20,011 bases of DNA from Candidatus Jordarchaeia archaeon (GCA_029856435.1 JAHQXB010000072.1:1-20011); one strand, 5' to 3'. Counted from the stretch's first letter, positions 1 through 7,939 are shown. The notes: a model not told the origin generated them from the sequence alone. Translations and numbers: made by a program.

Positions 1-140
1 CCCCCATCCCATAGAGCTCGTTACCCTATGGGCTATATTTTTACACACGCATTCAGGTCTCTGTCGTATTTTCTGCAAGGGAACATCCCAAAAACTTTTT
101 AGATTGTAAGAGTCATTTAAGTTTAACCACAATTCATCCC

Positions 141-247
141 GTTGATGCAGATTTATTCGGTTCCATCTCCCTAATAATGCTCCAAATCGTGAAAGAAGCC
201 CTATAAACACCCCTTTTTGAGGCGAAACCGAACGATTCTACATCACC
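141..247 (-). mobile_element. MITE-like non-autonomous element, copy A (107 bp)
   Basis: Imperfect TIRs GTTGATGCAGATT (141-153) and ATTCTACATCACC (235-247). Exact 9-bp direct repeat ATTCATCCC at 132-140 and 248-256 (TSD). The reverse complement aligns to 1559-1666 at about 72/108 nt (hand count). No coding capacity. Confidence 0.85.
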
Positions 248-253
248 ATTCAT

Positions 254-273
254 CCCCTCCCTTTCGGAAGGGG
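254..273 (-). other. GC-rich GNRA-tetraloop hairpin
   Basis: The minus strand reads CCCCTTCC-GAAA-GGGAGGGG, an 8-bp stem with one G.U pair. The plus strand has a C/A mismatch there, so the minus strand folds better. Confidence 0.5.
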
Positions 274-523
274 TCTTCTTGCGAAGTGTAGATAAAGAAG
301 GGCGACAATTTTTCACCCAGTAGTCAATATGTAGGAGATATTTGCAAGAATATAAATTAAAGTTCTCGCAAAAGAGGAGTACATAGCGGCAGGTTTTGGA
401 ACAACATTTTTGAAAACTAGTGTTAAAGATCCTTTTTTACAATACAAATATTAAGAATGTAGATCAATGTCACATTATTACCACAAGGAGAGAAGGTTTG
501 TATCCATACACGAGGTTATGATA

Positions 524-1507
524 ATGAGTAGTGCAAAGGTAGGAGCTCTTTTGGGGAGTTTTCAAGACAAAAGGTACAAGGTGCGCCGCGAAGCTCTGTT
601 TGAAACAGCTAAATACGCTTCTAAGGGCGAGTTTAACAAGAATGTGCTAGTTTTTCTGACTAAGTTTCTAGGTGACGAGGACAAAGCCGCAAGAAGCACA
701 GCTGCTTGGACCCTGGGCAAGTACGCTCAAAATAAGCTTTATACTAAAAGCGCCATAGGTTACCTCACAAAAATGTTAAAGGAAGAGGGAGAAAGAGACA
801 TAATCACCAATGCAACCTACGCCCTAGCCAATTACGCTCAACTGGGACTCTTGGACAAAGGAGACTTGAGCAGAGAAGTTCTCATAAAACTTCTTAGTAA
901 CAAATTCGAAAAGGTCCGGGCAAACGCCGCAATCATAATCGGCTTCTTTGCGGAGGAAAAATTTTTGATTGAGGAAGCCTTCGACCAGCTTGTTAAACTG
1001 TTGGAGGATAGGGATGGAAGTACACGTAGAAATGCATCCTACGCAATCCTAAGCTACGCCGACCAAGACATGTTGGATGCAAAAATACTAGATAAGCTGG
1101 TTAGGGGACTCACAGACATGGAGGCAGGGGTGAGAATGAACTGCGCAATAGCCCTAGGAGTATACGCCCAAAAAGGAATCACAGACGAAAAAGCAGTGAA
1201 GCTACTAGCCCGACTACTCAAAGACAGAAACGAGCACGTGAGAGAAAACGCCGCAGAAGCACTAATAATCTACACCAACAAAAATCTCACAGACGAAACA
1301 GTCCTAGAAAACTCAGTAAAACTGTTAAAAGACAAAAACAAAAATACCCGCAAAGCCGCAGCCAGACTACTCGCCCTATACGCCAAAAGGAAACTGATGC
1401 ACAAAGAAGCTATAAAACCACTAAAAGACGCCCTAAAAGACGAAGAAATATCAAGAGACGCAGCACTAACCCTTAAACGCTACAAAGAGAGCGGCTTCCT
1501 CCAATAA
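524..1507 (+). CDS. HEAT/PBS-lyase-like repeat protein (about 9 repeats of ~38 aa)
   Basis: Recurring L..D....(V/T)R..A...L..YA units: DKRYKVR, DEDKAAR, NKFEKVR, DRDGSTR, DMEAGVR, DRNEHVR, DKNKNTR, DEEISR. The ORF opens at 467, but GAGGT (512-516) favours ATG 524 (or 518). Confidence 0.85.
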   Translation: MSSAKVGALLGSFQDKRYKVRREALFETAKYASKGEFNKNVLVFLTKFLGDEDKAARSTAAWTLGKYAQNKLYTKSAIGYLTKMLKEEGERDIITNATYALANYAQLGLLDKGDLSREVLIKLLSNKFEKVRANAAIIIGFFAEEKFLIEEAFDQLVKLLEDRDGSTRRNASYAILSYADQDMLDAKILDKLVRGLTDMEAGVRMNCAIALGVYAQKGITDEKAVKLLARLLKDRNEHVRENAAEALIIYTNKNLTDETVLENSVKLLKDKNKNTRKAAARLLALYAKRKLMHKEAIKPLKDALKDEEISRDAALTLKRYKESGFLQ

Positions 1508-1558
1508 AACCTCACCGGAAAACACACCGTACACAAAAAATCGGAACAAACAAAAAAG

Positions 1559-1666
1559 CGCGGTGTAGATTCATTCGATTTCGCCTCCGAAGGAAGCTTT
1601 CATAGGGCTTCTTTTCTGATTCAGAGCCTCGAAATGAGGGGTAGAATCGGGCTAATCTACATCACC
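1559..1666 (+). mobile_element. MITE-like non-autonomous element, copy B (~108 bp)
   Basis: Ends CGCGGTGTAGATT and AATCTACATCACC. Flanked by direct repeat AACAAAAAAG at 1549-1558 and 1667-1676 (9-11 bp depending on where the left end is placed). Homologous to 141-247 in the opposite orientation. Confidence 0.85.
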
Positions 1667-1909
1667 AACAAAAAAGCTTCGAAAGCTACTCACATTGAAA
1701 TTAAAGCATATCCAGACAGAGAAAGGTAAAACATTTGTGAAACAAACCCACCCGCTTTACGTATTAGTGAAAAATGAAAAACCTAGATTTTTTATGGTGA
1801 GCTAAAGTTCAGCCCAGACAAATTTAATTTCCAGTTGATTTCAACTATCAGGTATTAAGTACTCGAAGCCTCCGCCCATATTCTCTTAAGAATCCCCTGA
1901 CAAACATAT

Positions 1910-2041
1910 GACAGAGAGGGCAGAAGTTGGCATTGGCTTAAAGGCTCGTAGCCGCGGCCACATATCTTGGCTCTCCAGAGGCGATTGTTCTCCACGGCTC
2001 GAGCTTTACCTCCCCCCCGAGAACTTCTGCCTCTCTCTGTC
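1910..2041. other. Long imperfect inverted repeat / structured element (possible ncRNA or MITE relic)
   Basis: 1910-1928 pairs with 2022-2041 (19 bp, one bulge). 1939-1954 pairs with 1995-2008 (14 bp, two bulges). No flanking TSD. Confidence 0.55.
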
Positions 2042-3019
2042 CTCGACCCCCAACCCGATAAGCAAGAATATAAATGCCACAAAATTCCGCATAAAACACA
2101 CCATGTTTACCACATTTAAAGGCAAAAGTTTTTTTGGTTTTGCATATTTTCTTGGGAGATTCCCGCTTCATGCAAAAAGTATACGCTAATCCTCGCTTGA
2201 AGGAAAAAGTAGAGTAATTATTCCCCCCTCCCCCAGCATACCCTTTAACATAAAAGATTGTTGCTGAATTTCGAATAAAAACTTGATTTACACTTTCGGA
2301 AACAGATAATTCAAAGCTAACAATGATTGTTTCATTCCGGGTTGTGGTGGCTTCAGCTGAAATTGATTCATTTTCGCGTCTATGACTCTTGGGAACAGGA
2401 TAACCTATACAGAAAACGCATCCATGCAGGCAAAAGTGCCCCTGTTTTTGATAAGTGTGGCAGAACTTTTGGACCATTTTGTTGAAAATTGTGGGATTTG
2501 CGAGTTTATACTCTTTGGTTTGGGAAAAGGAGTTGGTGTGCGTATGTTTTGACCAAGAGTGGGGCTTAACGAGTTTCCTTGGAGACAAAGGGATTTTATG
2601 TTTATATGTGCTGTTTTTCGAATTTGGCTGGCTCATTTCTCAAAACATCCTTTTCCCATAAATATGGGGCGTATTTTTCTTTTAATTTTATGTTTATGGT
2701 TACAATATTGAGTATATTTATGATTTTATGTTTTTATGATTATTGTACAAGAAATTTACTTTTTTTATGTTTCTTAGTGTGCGGGCGGCCTATTAAATAT
2801 TATTATTCGTGCATAACCATCGAGATTTACTAGAATCCAAACAACCCTTTTTAGGCTTTAAAATTGGGAAAAACAGTCTATAATTGCTCCCCCTTTTTTT
2901 GAGAAAATCGAAAATATCTCCATTCTGCCGCATAGTAAAACATAAAAATTATGTTGCCCTCAAAATATAATCTAAAGCGAAATTTCGACCAAAAAATTTG
3001 GAAGGGAGTTGAAGGAGAG

Positions 3020-4105
3020 TTGGCTAAAGAGTGGAGACTTCTTTATCTTCCAGAATGCGACATGCTAGACACGGTAGCACTCGGGGGCCCCGCCGTGGAA
3101 TTGCAGAAAAATGGCCCCATGGGAATGTCCATTGTAGGCTTTAAGGAAACGGGGGTGAGCCTAGGCTTTTTCCAAGACATAGACACCGAAGTAGACCTAG
3201 AAAAGTGTAAAGAATTTGGAGTCCGGGTAATAAGAAGGCTGGGAGTTGGCGGTGGCACAATATTCGTAGACGAGAACGCCAGCATGGCGGTAGGTCTATT
3301 ATACTATGACAATTTCTTCCCAGACATGGACACCGCCTTCCAAAAATTTGGAAAAGTTATAGTTGAAGCCTACAAAAAGCTGGGAGTAAAGGAACCATGG
3401 TATAAACATATCGGCGATGTGAAGGTGGGTGAGAGGAAGATTACGGGGTTTGGTTTTGCGCAGGTTTTTGAAATCATTTTAGGCAACACTATTCTTAGTA
3501 TTGGCGAGCCGGATATGGATTTGTTCTCCAAGGTGGCTAAGATTCCTCCAGAAAAGTTTTCGGATAAGAAGGCTAAGAGTGTTTCTGAGTGGGTGACCAG
3601 TGTGGAGGCAGAGACCGGGCGTCTTCCAAGTAAGGAGGAGGTGAGGGATGCCTTTGTAGAGGCCTTCGAGCAGGAGATAGGAGTTAAGCTGGTTGAGGGA
3701 GAGATGACTGAGGAGGAAGAAAAGATAAGGCAAAAATGGAGGGCGATGGCTTCTTCACCTGAACATACATTCAAAGTTTCCAGCAAGAAAAGATTCTCCA
3801 AAATAGGTGGAGACCAGGAGCTGCTCTTCAGTAGATACAAGGGAAGAAAGCTGATTGTAACCCACTTGCTGCTGAATAGTTCGGGAATAATTGATGACAT
3901 AATGTTTTCCGGCGATTTTTATGCCAGGCCAGACGCTTACCTTTGGGATATGGAAAAGTCGCTGATAGGTTTAGACGCCACAGATGAGGAAAAACTTTTG
4001 GAAAAGATTAAGGAGACCTACAGGAAACCCGGCTGGGAAATCCCCATGGTTGAGCCAGAAGACTTTCTTAAGGGCATAAGTATAGCTGTTAAGGAACGCA
4101 AGTGA
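3020..4105 (+). CDS. lplA: Lipoate-protein ligase A family protein (catalytic domain plus C-terminal LplA/LplB-like domain)
   Basis: Motifs SLGFFQ..EVDLE.C, VIRRLGVGGGTIFVD and GDVKVGERKITG (catalytic Lys), plus C-terminal IDDIMFSGDFY. The ORF opens at 2951; TTG 3020 follows the RBS-like GAAGGAGAG. Confidence 0.8.
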   Translation: MAKEWRLLYLPECDMLDTVALGGPAVELQKNGPMGMSIVGFKETGVSLGFFQDIDTEVDLEKCKEFGVRVIRRLGVGGGTIFVDENASMAVGLLYYDNFFPDMDTAFQKFGKVIVEAYKKLGVKEPWYKHIGDVKVGERKITGFGFAQVFEIILGNTILSIGEPDMDLFSKVAKIPPEKFSDKKAKSVSEWVTSVEAETGRLPSKEEVRDAFVEAFEQEIGVKLVEGEMTEEEEKIRQKWRAMASSPEHTFKVSSKKRFSKIGGDQELLFSRYKGRKLIVTHLLLNSSGIIDDIMFSGDFYARPDAYLWDMEKSLIGLDATDEEKLLEKIKETYRKPGWEIPMVEPEDFLKGISIAVKERK

Positions 4106-4125
4106 TTGACATTGTCGCGTTCAAA

Positions 4126-4140
4126 ATTTTTTTTCTTTTC
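4126..4140 (+). terminator. Oligo-T tract, likely archaeal intrinsic terminator of the lplA-like gene
   Basis: TTTTTTTTCTTTTC-type tract about 20 nt after the stop, in a T-rich convergent intergenic region. Confidence 0.45.
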
Positions 4141-4310
4141 TATGGCTTTGTAAAATTTTGTTTTTCTCGGTTTTCTTAATTGTTTTGACGATTTTTTGTA
4201 ACTTTTGGGAATGATGCAAAAAAGTTTAATTTTTACTATGGGGTGTAATAATTTTTGGTGGGTTAAGGAGAAAAAAGGGGAAAAGGGGATGCGTTTTTAT
4301 TTTTAGGAGT

Positions 4311-6014
4311 TTATTCGGGAGGTATTTCTTTGAATATTGTCTCCATGTCTACGCCTGCTTTCTTGTTTCGCCTCTTCATTGTGAAGTAAATGGCAGCTCC
4401 AACTATATACACTATTAGAGTAATTATTAGTGAGCCAAGGTTAAAAGTTGAAAGTGCGGCTAGGAACAGTGGGACAAGAGATATAAATGCTAAAACTCCG
4501 CAGATTCCAAGCACTGGAACCCTTCCAATCCTTGGAAAATATGTTCTTTCAGCCAAGTCTCTTCTTCTAGCATGGAATCTTAGTCCCGCTATGATGGTAA
4601 GGGCTATGACAATGACTGCCAGAAAAATAATGTTTAATGCCTGTTGGAGCGCACTCCAGTAGCTTAGAACAACGCCCAACATAGATATGGCCATTGAAAC
4701 AGCTATTGCATTTACTGGCGTGTTGCTTCTTTCACTCAGTTTGCTTAACCTCGTGGGCATCAGCCTATCGAAACTCCAAGCGAAAATGTATCTCGAAGTT
4801 GTTAGGAGGCCGGGCATAATATAGTTAATAAGCCATAGGGTACCGCCAGCAATTATGAACAAACCTAGCCAGTTCAGCCCAGCTAGAGGAGCCGCAAATA
4901 GGGGGACACTGGCCGGTATGGGCGTTGGAAGTTTTCCTAGATAGAGCCAAGCCCCGTACTGGATCCAGTATTGAAGGTTCCCTTGGTTTAGCTGGTTTCC
5001 CCACAGCCACCAATAGAAAAAGTTGCCACTCTTAAGATATATGAGATAGTTGTAAGCTGTGATAAATGGACCGTAGTTGGCTTGCAGGGGGTATAATATG
5101 CCAACGTAAAATAGGAAGATGAAGAAGAGACCCACCACCATAACATAGAAAAATGTTCTCCTTGTGTCTCTAACCTCACCACCTACATAAGTGAGACTCA
5201 TGTACCCCGAGAATGCAAACATAGATACTATAACTGCCCCCATAGTGTCACTGAGCCCGTTCAGGGAAGCTCTTAGGGAGAAGAGCCACCACCAGTTCTG
5301 GTAAGCTACACGGAACAGGTCCCCGTACGCTCCAAGGGGAATTCCGAAGAGGCTCTGTCCCTCCCAGCCGAAAATGGTGTTCCAAGCCCATATCATATCG
5401 AGTGGAGAGTGTGTTGCCAGAATCCAGATTGTTGCTAAACCAGCCAGAAGGGGTAGAAAGAAGAGAATGCGTATCAGCCAAAGGGAGCCTCTCATACTAG
5501 CCATTAGCACCACACTGAACAAGAAAATGAGGACTATGCCGAAAATGACCCCCCAAATGGGATCAGTTAACTGGATTGACCAGCCCAGCAGTCCTAAGTC
5601 CCAAGTCCAGAGGCTATAGTACATAGTGAAGAGACTTATGAAGGAGACTGCTTGGAAACACAGGACTCCTATAGTGAACATGGTAATTATCCATGAACCC
5701 CAAGAGGCGATGAAGCCCCATCCAGGACCCAGAATTCTGCTAATGTAGACGTAGTCACCGCCACTTCTGGGCATCGCCCTAGCGAGCACGGCGTAAACCA
5801 CTGCTATTGGTAGCATAAGAAGCAAGCCGCCTATGTAGGACATTGGAAGGTTGGCTCCGGGGAAGTATCCCGGGGAGAGAGACTGGACTGATAGAAACAT
5901 TATGCCGCCGGCGATGACGAAGGAAAATGTTATAGTAACCGCATCCATAAGTGAAATTTCTCTGACCAGCCCCGTAGCGTCACGGGTGAAAACAATCCTC
6001 TTTCCGCTAGACAT
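4311..6014 (-). CDS. APC-family amino acid/polyamine permease
   Basis: N-terminal FTRDATGLVREIS motif typical of archaeal APC permeases; MPRSGGDYVYISRILG; GGEVRD; RYIFAWSFDRLMP; about 12 hydrophobic segments. Confidence 0.9.
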   Translation of the reverse strand: MSSGKRIVFTRDATGLVREISLMDAVTITFSFVIAGGIMFLSVQSLSPGYFPGANLPMSYIGGLLLMLPIAVVYAVLARAMPRSGGDYVYISRILGPGWGFIASWGSWIITMFTIGVLCFQAVSFISLFTMYYSLWTWDLGLLGWSIQLTDPIWGVIFGIVLIFLFSVVLMASMRGSLWLIRILFFLPLLAGLATIWILATHSPLDMIWAWNTIFGWEGQSLFGIPLGAYGDLFRVAYQNWWWLFSLRASLNGLSDTMGAVIVSMFAFSGYMSLTYVGGEVRDTRRTFFYVMVVGLFFIFLFYVGILYPLQANYGPFITAYNYLIYLKSGNFFYWWLWGNQLNQGNLQYWIQYGAWLYLGKLPTPIPASVPLFAAPLAGLNWLGLFIIAGGTLWLINYIMPGLLTTSRYIFAWSFDRLMPTRLSKLSERSNTPVNAIAVSMAISMLGVVLSYWSALQQALNIIFLAVIVIALTIIAGLRFHARRRDLAERTYFPRIGRVPVLGICGVLAFISLVPLFLAALSTFNLGSLIITLIVYIVGAAIYFTMKRRNKKAGVDMETIFKEIPPE

Positions 6015-6063
6015 TTTTTTCAGCCTCTGCCAAAATTTGTGAATTTATATTACCTTTAACTTG

Positions 6064-6071
6064 TATATAAA
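6064..6071 (-). promoter_or_regulatory. Candidate TATA box for the permease gene
   Basis: TTTATATA on the minus strand, 50 nt upstream of ATG 6014. Confidence 0.45.
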
Positions 6072-6384
6072 CATTTTACAGCGGGATTTTACACAACATC
6101 AGTTTGCATTTTTTTACTGAAAACTTATGTTAGATTTGTTGGAGAGGATGACTCATACCACCCTTGCGGGTAGCTAGCGAACCAAGGGTAAATTCCCAAA
6201 TTCCGAAAATGCATATTACAGTGACTCAATATTGTCAAGTGTTGTCTAAAAAATCGTAACATCATAAATAAGGTTTTACCCTTTTTATAATTTAGATTGA
6301 ATTGGGTGTAATGGGTTTAGACGAATGTTTTATATGTTTGATGTGTAGAAGAGTTTGGTTAAGAATCTGTGTGAGGTATTTCAG

Positions 6385-7311
6385 ATGTCTGAGGTATATG
6401 TTATTGGTCACAAGTCGCCGGATACTGATTCTGTTTGTGCTGCTATTGCCTATGCGAATTTTAAGAGGTTGACAGGAGAGAATGCTGCAGCTGTGGCTGC
6501 GAGAGCGGGCGAGATTAATCCCGAGACAGAGTTTGTACTCAAGCACTTTGAAGTCGAACCCCCAAAACAGCTTGACAATGCTGCGGGAAGAAAGTTGATT
6601 CTAGTGGATCATAACGAGTTTGGACAGATGGTTGATGGAGCTGACAAGGCGGACATAATTGAAGTTTTGGACCATCACCGCATAGAATTCAAACTGGCAA
6701 ATCCCATCTTGTTCCACACTGAACCCGTAGGTTCAACTTCTACTCTAATTGCGGAGAAATATTTTGAGAAGGGAATAAAACTGGACAAAAAGATGGCGGG
6801 GATACTGCTTGCCGCTATACTTTCAGACACTGTGGTTTTCAAGTCCCCCACATCCACGGAACGAGACAAGAAAGTGGCAGAGAAGCTAGCCAAAATGGTG
6901 GGTGTGGATCCGTTGAAATTCGGTGTTGAGGTGAAGAAGGCGAAGGCCAGCTTAGCGGGCAAGAGTGCCAAGGACATAATATTTTCGGATTTCAAGGACT
7001 ACAATTTTGGAGGTAAAAGGGTAGGCGTGGGACAAGTCGAAATAGTGGACATAGAGGAAGCTAGAAGCAGGAAAAAGGATATCCTAGGCGAAATGGAGAG
7101 GATGGTGAAGCAGGAGGGCTACGACATGATCTTTATGATGCTCACAGACATTATAAAGGAGGGAACAGAACTCCTAGTAGTAGGAGACAAGGAGGGAACA
7201 GTTACCAAGAAAGCCTTCAATGCGGTGTTAAAAGATAACTCAGTATACATTGAAGGTATGATGTCTCGCAAAAAGCAGGTAATACCGCCACTCGAAAAAA
7301 CCTTGGGATAA
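6385..7311 (+). CDS. ppaC: Manganese-dependent inorganic pyrophosphatase (family II, DHH/DHHA2)
   Basis: GHKSPDTDS, LVDHNE, LDHHR, ILSDTVVFKSPT, DFKDY, GQVE and C-terminal MSRKKQVIP motifs. ATG 6385 follows GAGGT (the ORF opens at 6355). Confidence 0.95.
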   Translation: MSEVYVIGHKSPDTDSVCAAIAYANFKRLTGENAAAVAARAGEINPETEFVLKHFEVEPPKQLDNAAGRKLILVDHNEFGQMVDGADKADIIEVLDHHRIEFKLANPILFHTEPVGSTSTLIAEKYFEKGIKLDKKMAGILLAAILSDTVVFKSPTSTERDKKVAEKLAKMVGVDPLKFGVEVKKAKASLAGKSAKDIIFSDFKDYNFGGKRVGVGQVEIVDIEEARSRKKDILGEMERMVKQEGYDMIFMMLTDIIKEGTELLVVGDKEGTVTKKAFNAVLKDNSVYIEGMMSRKKQVIPPLEKTLG

Positions 7312-7315
7312 AAAT

Positions 7316-7337
7316 TGGAAGCCTAAAAAAGCTTCCA
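7316..7337. terminator. Hairpin between convergent genes (possible bidirectional terminator)
   Basis: TGGAAGC-CTAAAAAA-GCTTCCA, a perfect 7-bp stem in the 34-nt gap between two stop codons. Confidence 0.5.
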
Positions 7338-7345
7338 GCTACTCT

Positions 7346-7939
7346 TTATTTTTGTGAAATTAGGTTTCTTATCATATTTGCTGCTCTTGCCTTGTTAAAA
7401 ACACCACAAATGCAGGGTTTAGAGAGTTCTTCAGCTGCATCTTCGGGTGTTATTTTGTTCTTAAATACTTGCTCTACTAAATTTTTGACTAGGTTGGGGG
7501 ACACGCAGTGGTGCCCACACATGGAGGTTATTTCTAATATTTTTTCTGAGGGGAGCAGTTCTTTCTTTCCAAATACTCCTAGGGAAAGGTTAATCGTGTG
7601 TAGCTTTAGACCAAGTTCCTCGGCAATTTCCCTAACTTCAGATAGTAGTCCACTTACCGTTATTGAAATTCCCAAGTCTTCCTTTTTGAGAAGCTTCAAG
7701 GCCGTTTTAAACGAATTTTTGTCGTCGTAAACTGCTTGTATTGCTGGTGTAAAGTTCCAAAGAAGTTCATTTATCATGTTTACCGGTCTCTGAGATTTCA
7801 GTATCTCAGCTATTCTCAGGAGTTTGCCCCGCGAATCTGGTTGATTGTCATTTATTCCATGAGCATAAATAGCCACCACAACATAGTCTTTTTTTAAGTT
7901 GTCCTCATCACCCAAACGGTGCAGAGTGTGCGTCACCAT
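7346..7939 (-). CDS. Conserved hypothetical protein with Cys/His motifs (MCGHHC ... CICGVFN), probable metal/Fe-S binding
   Basis: 197-aa ORF with MVTHTLHR.G N-terminus and TSMCGHHCVS and PCICGVFN motifs. Its ATG overlaps the upstream gene's TGA (ATGGTGA) and is preceded by GGAGG. Confidence 0.8.
   Translation of the reverse strand: MVTHTLHRLGDEDNLKKDYVVVAIYAHGINDNQPDSRGKLLRIAEILKSQRPVNMINELLWNFTPAIQAVYDDKNSFKTALKLLKKEDLGISITVSGLLSEVREIAEELGLKLHTINLSLGVFGKKELLPSEKILEITSMCGHHCVSPNLVKNLVEQVFKNKITPEDAAEELSKPCICGVFNKARAANMIRNLISQK

Noticed and set aside
8-32. Hairpin CCCATAG...CTATGGG
   Set aside because: Real 7-bp stem, but at the window edge with no context to interpret it.
134-316. 60-aa ORF on the minus strand
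   Set aside because: It runs through the MITE and the GNRA hairpin and has no motif; likely spurious.
141-1666. Composite transposon carrying the HEAT gene
   Set aside because: Each MITE copy has its own distinct TSD and the outer flanks share no duplication, so they inserted independently.
1954-2001. Group II intron domain V (GAGCCGTG on the minus strand)
   Set aside because: Lacks the ~34-nt DV geometry, GNRA loop and CGGTTC-type 3' strand; no RT gene nearby.
2223-2245. Potential G-quadruplex on the minus strand (GGGTATGCTGGGGGAGGGGGG)
   Set aside because: Only three separated G-runs; weak support.
1938-2636. 232-aa minus ORF (plus overlapping 93-, 75-, 68- and 84-aa ORFs)
   Set aside because: No recognisable motif or RBS, overlaps a long hairpin, and composition runs opposite to most genes here. 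Not called as a CDS, though not excluded.
3043-3900. Antisense ORFs inside the lplA-like gene, and similar shadow ORFs at 4390, 5374, 6675, 7392, 7919, 9109, 10386, 12884, 17693, 18963 and 19487
   Set aside because: They lie opposite or within well-supported genes and have Ser/Leu/Phe-rich shadow-frame composition.
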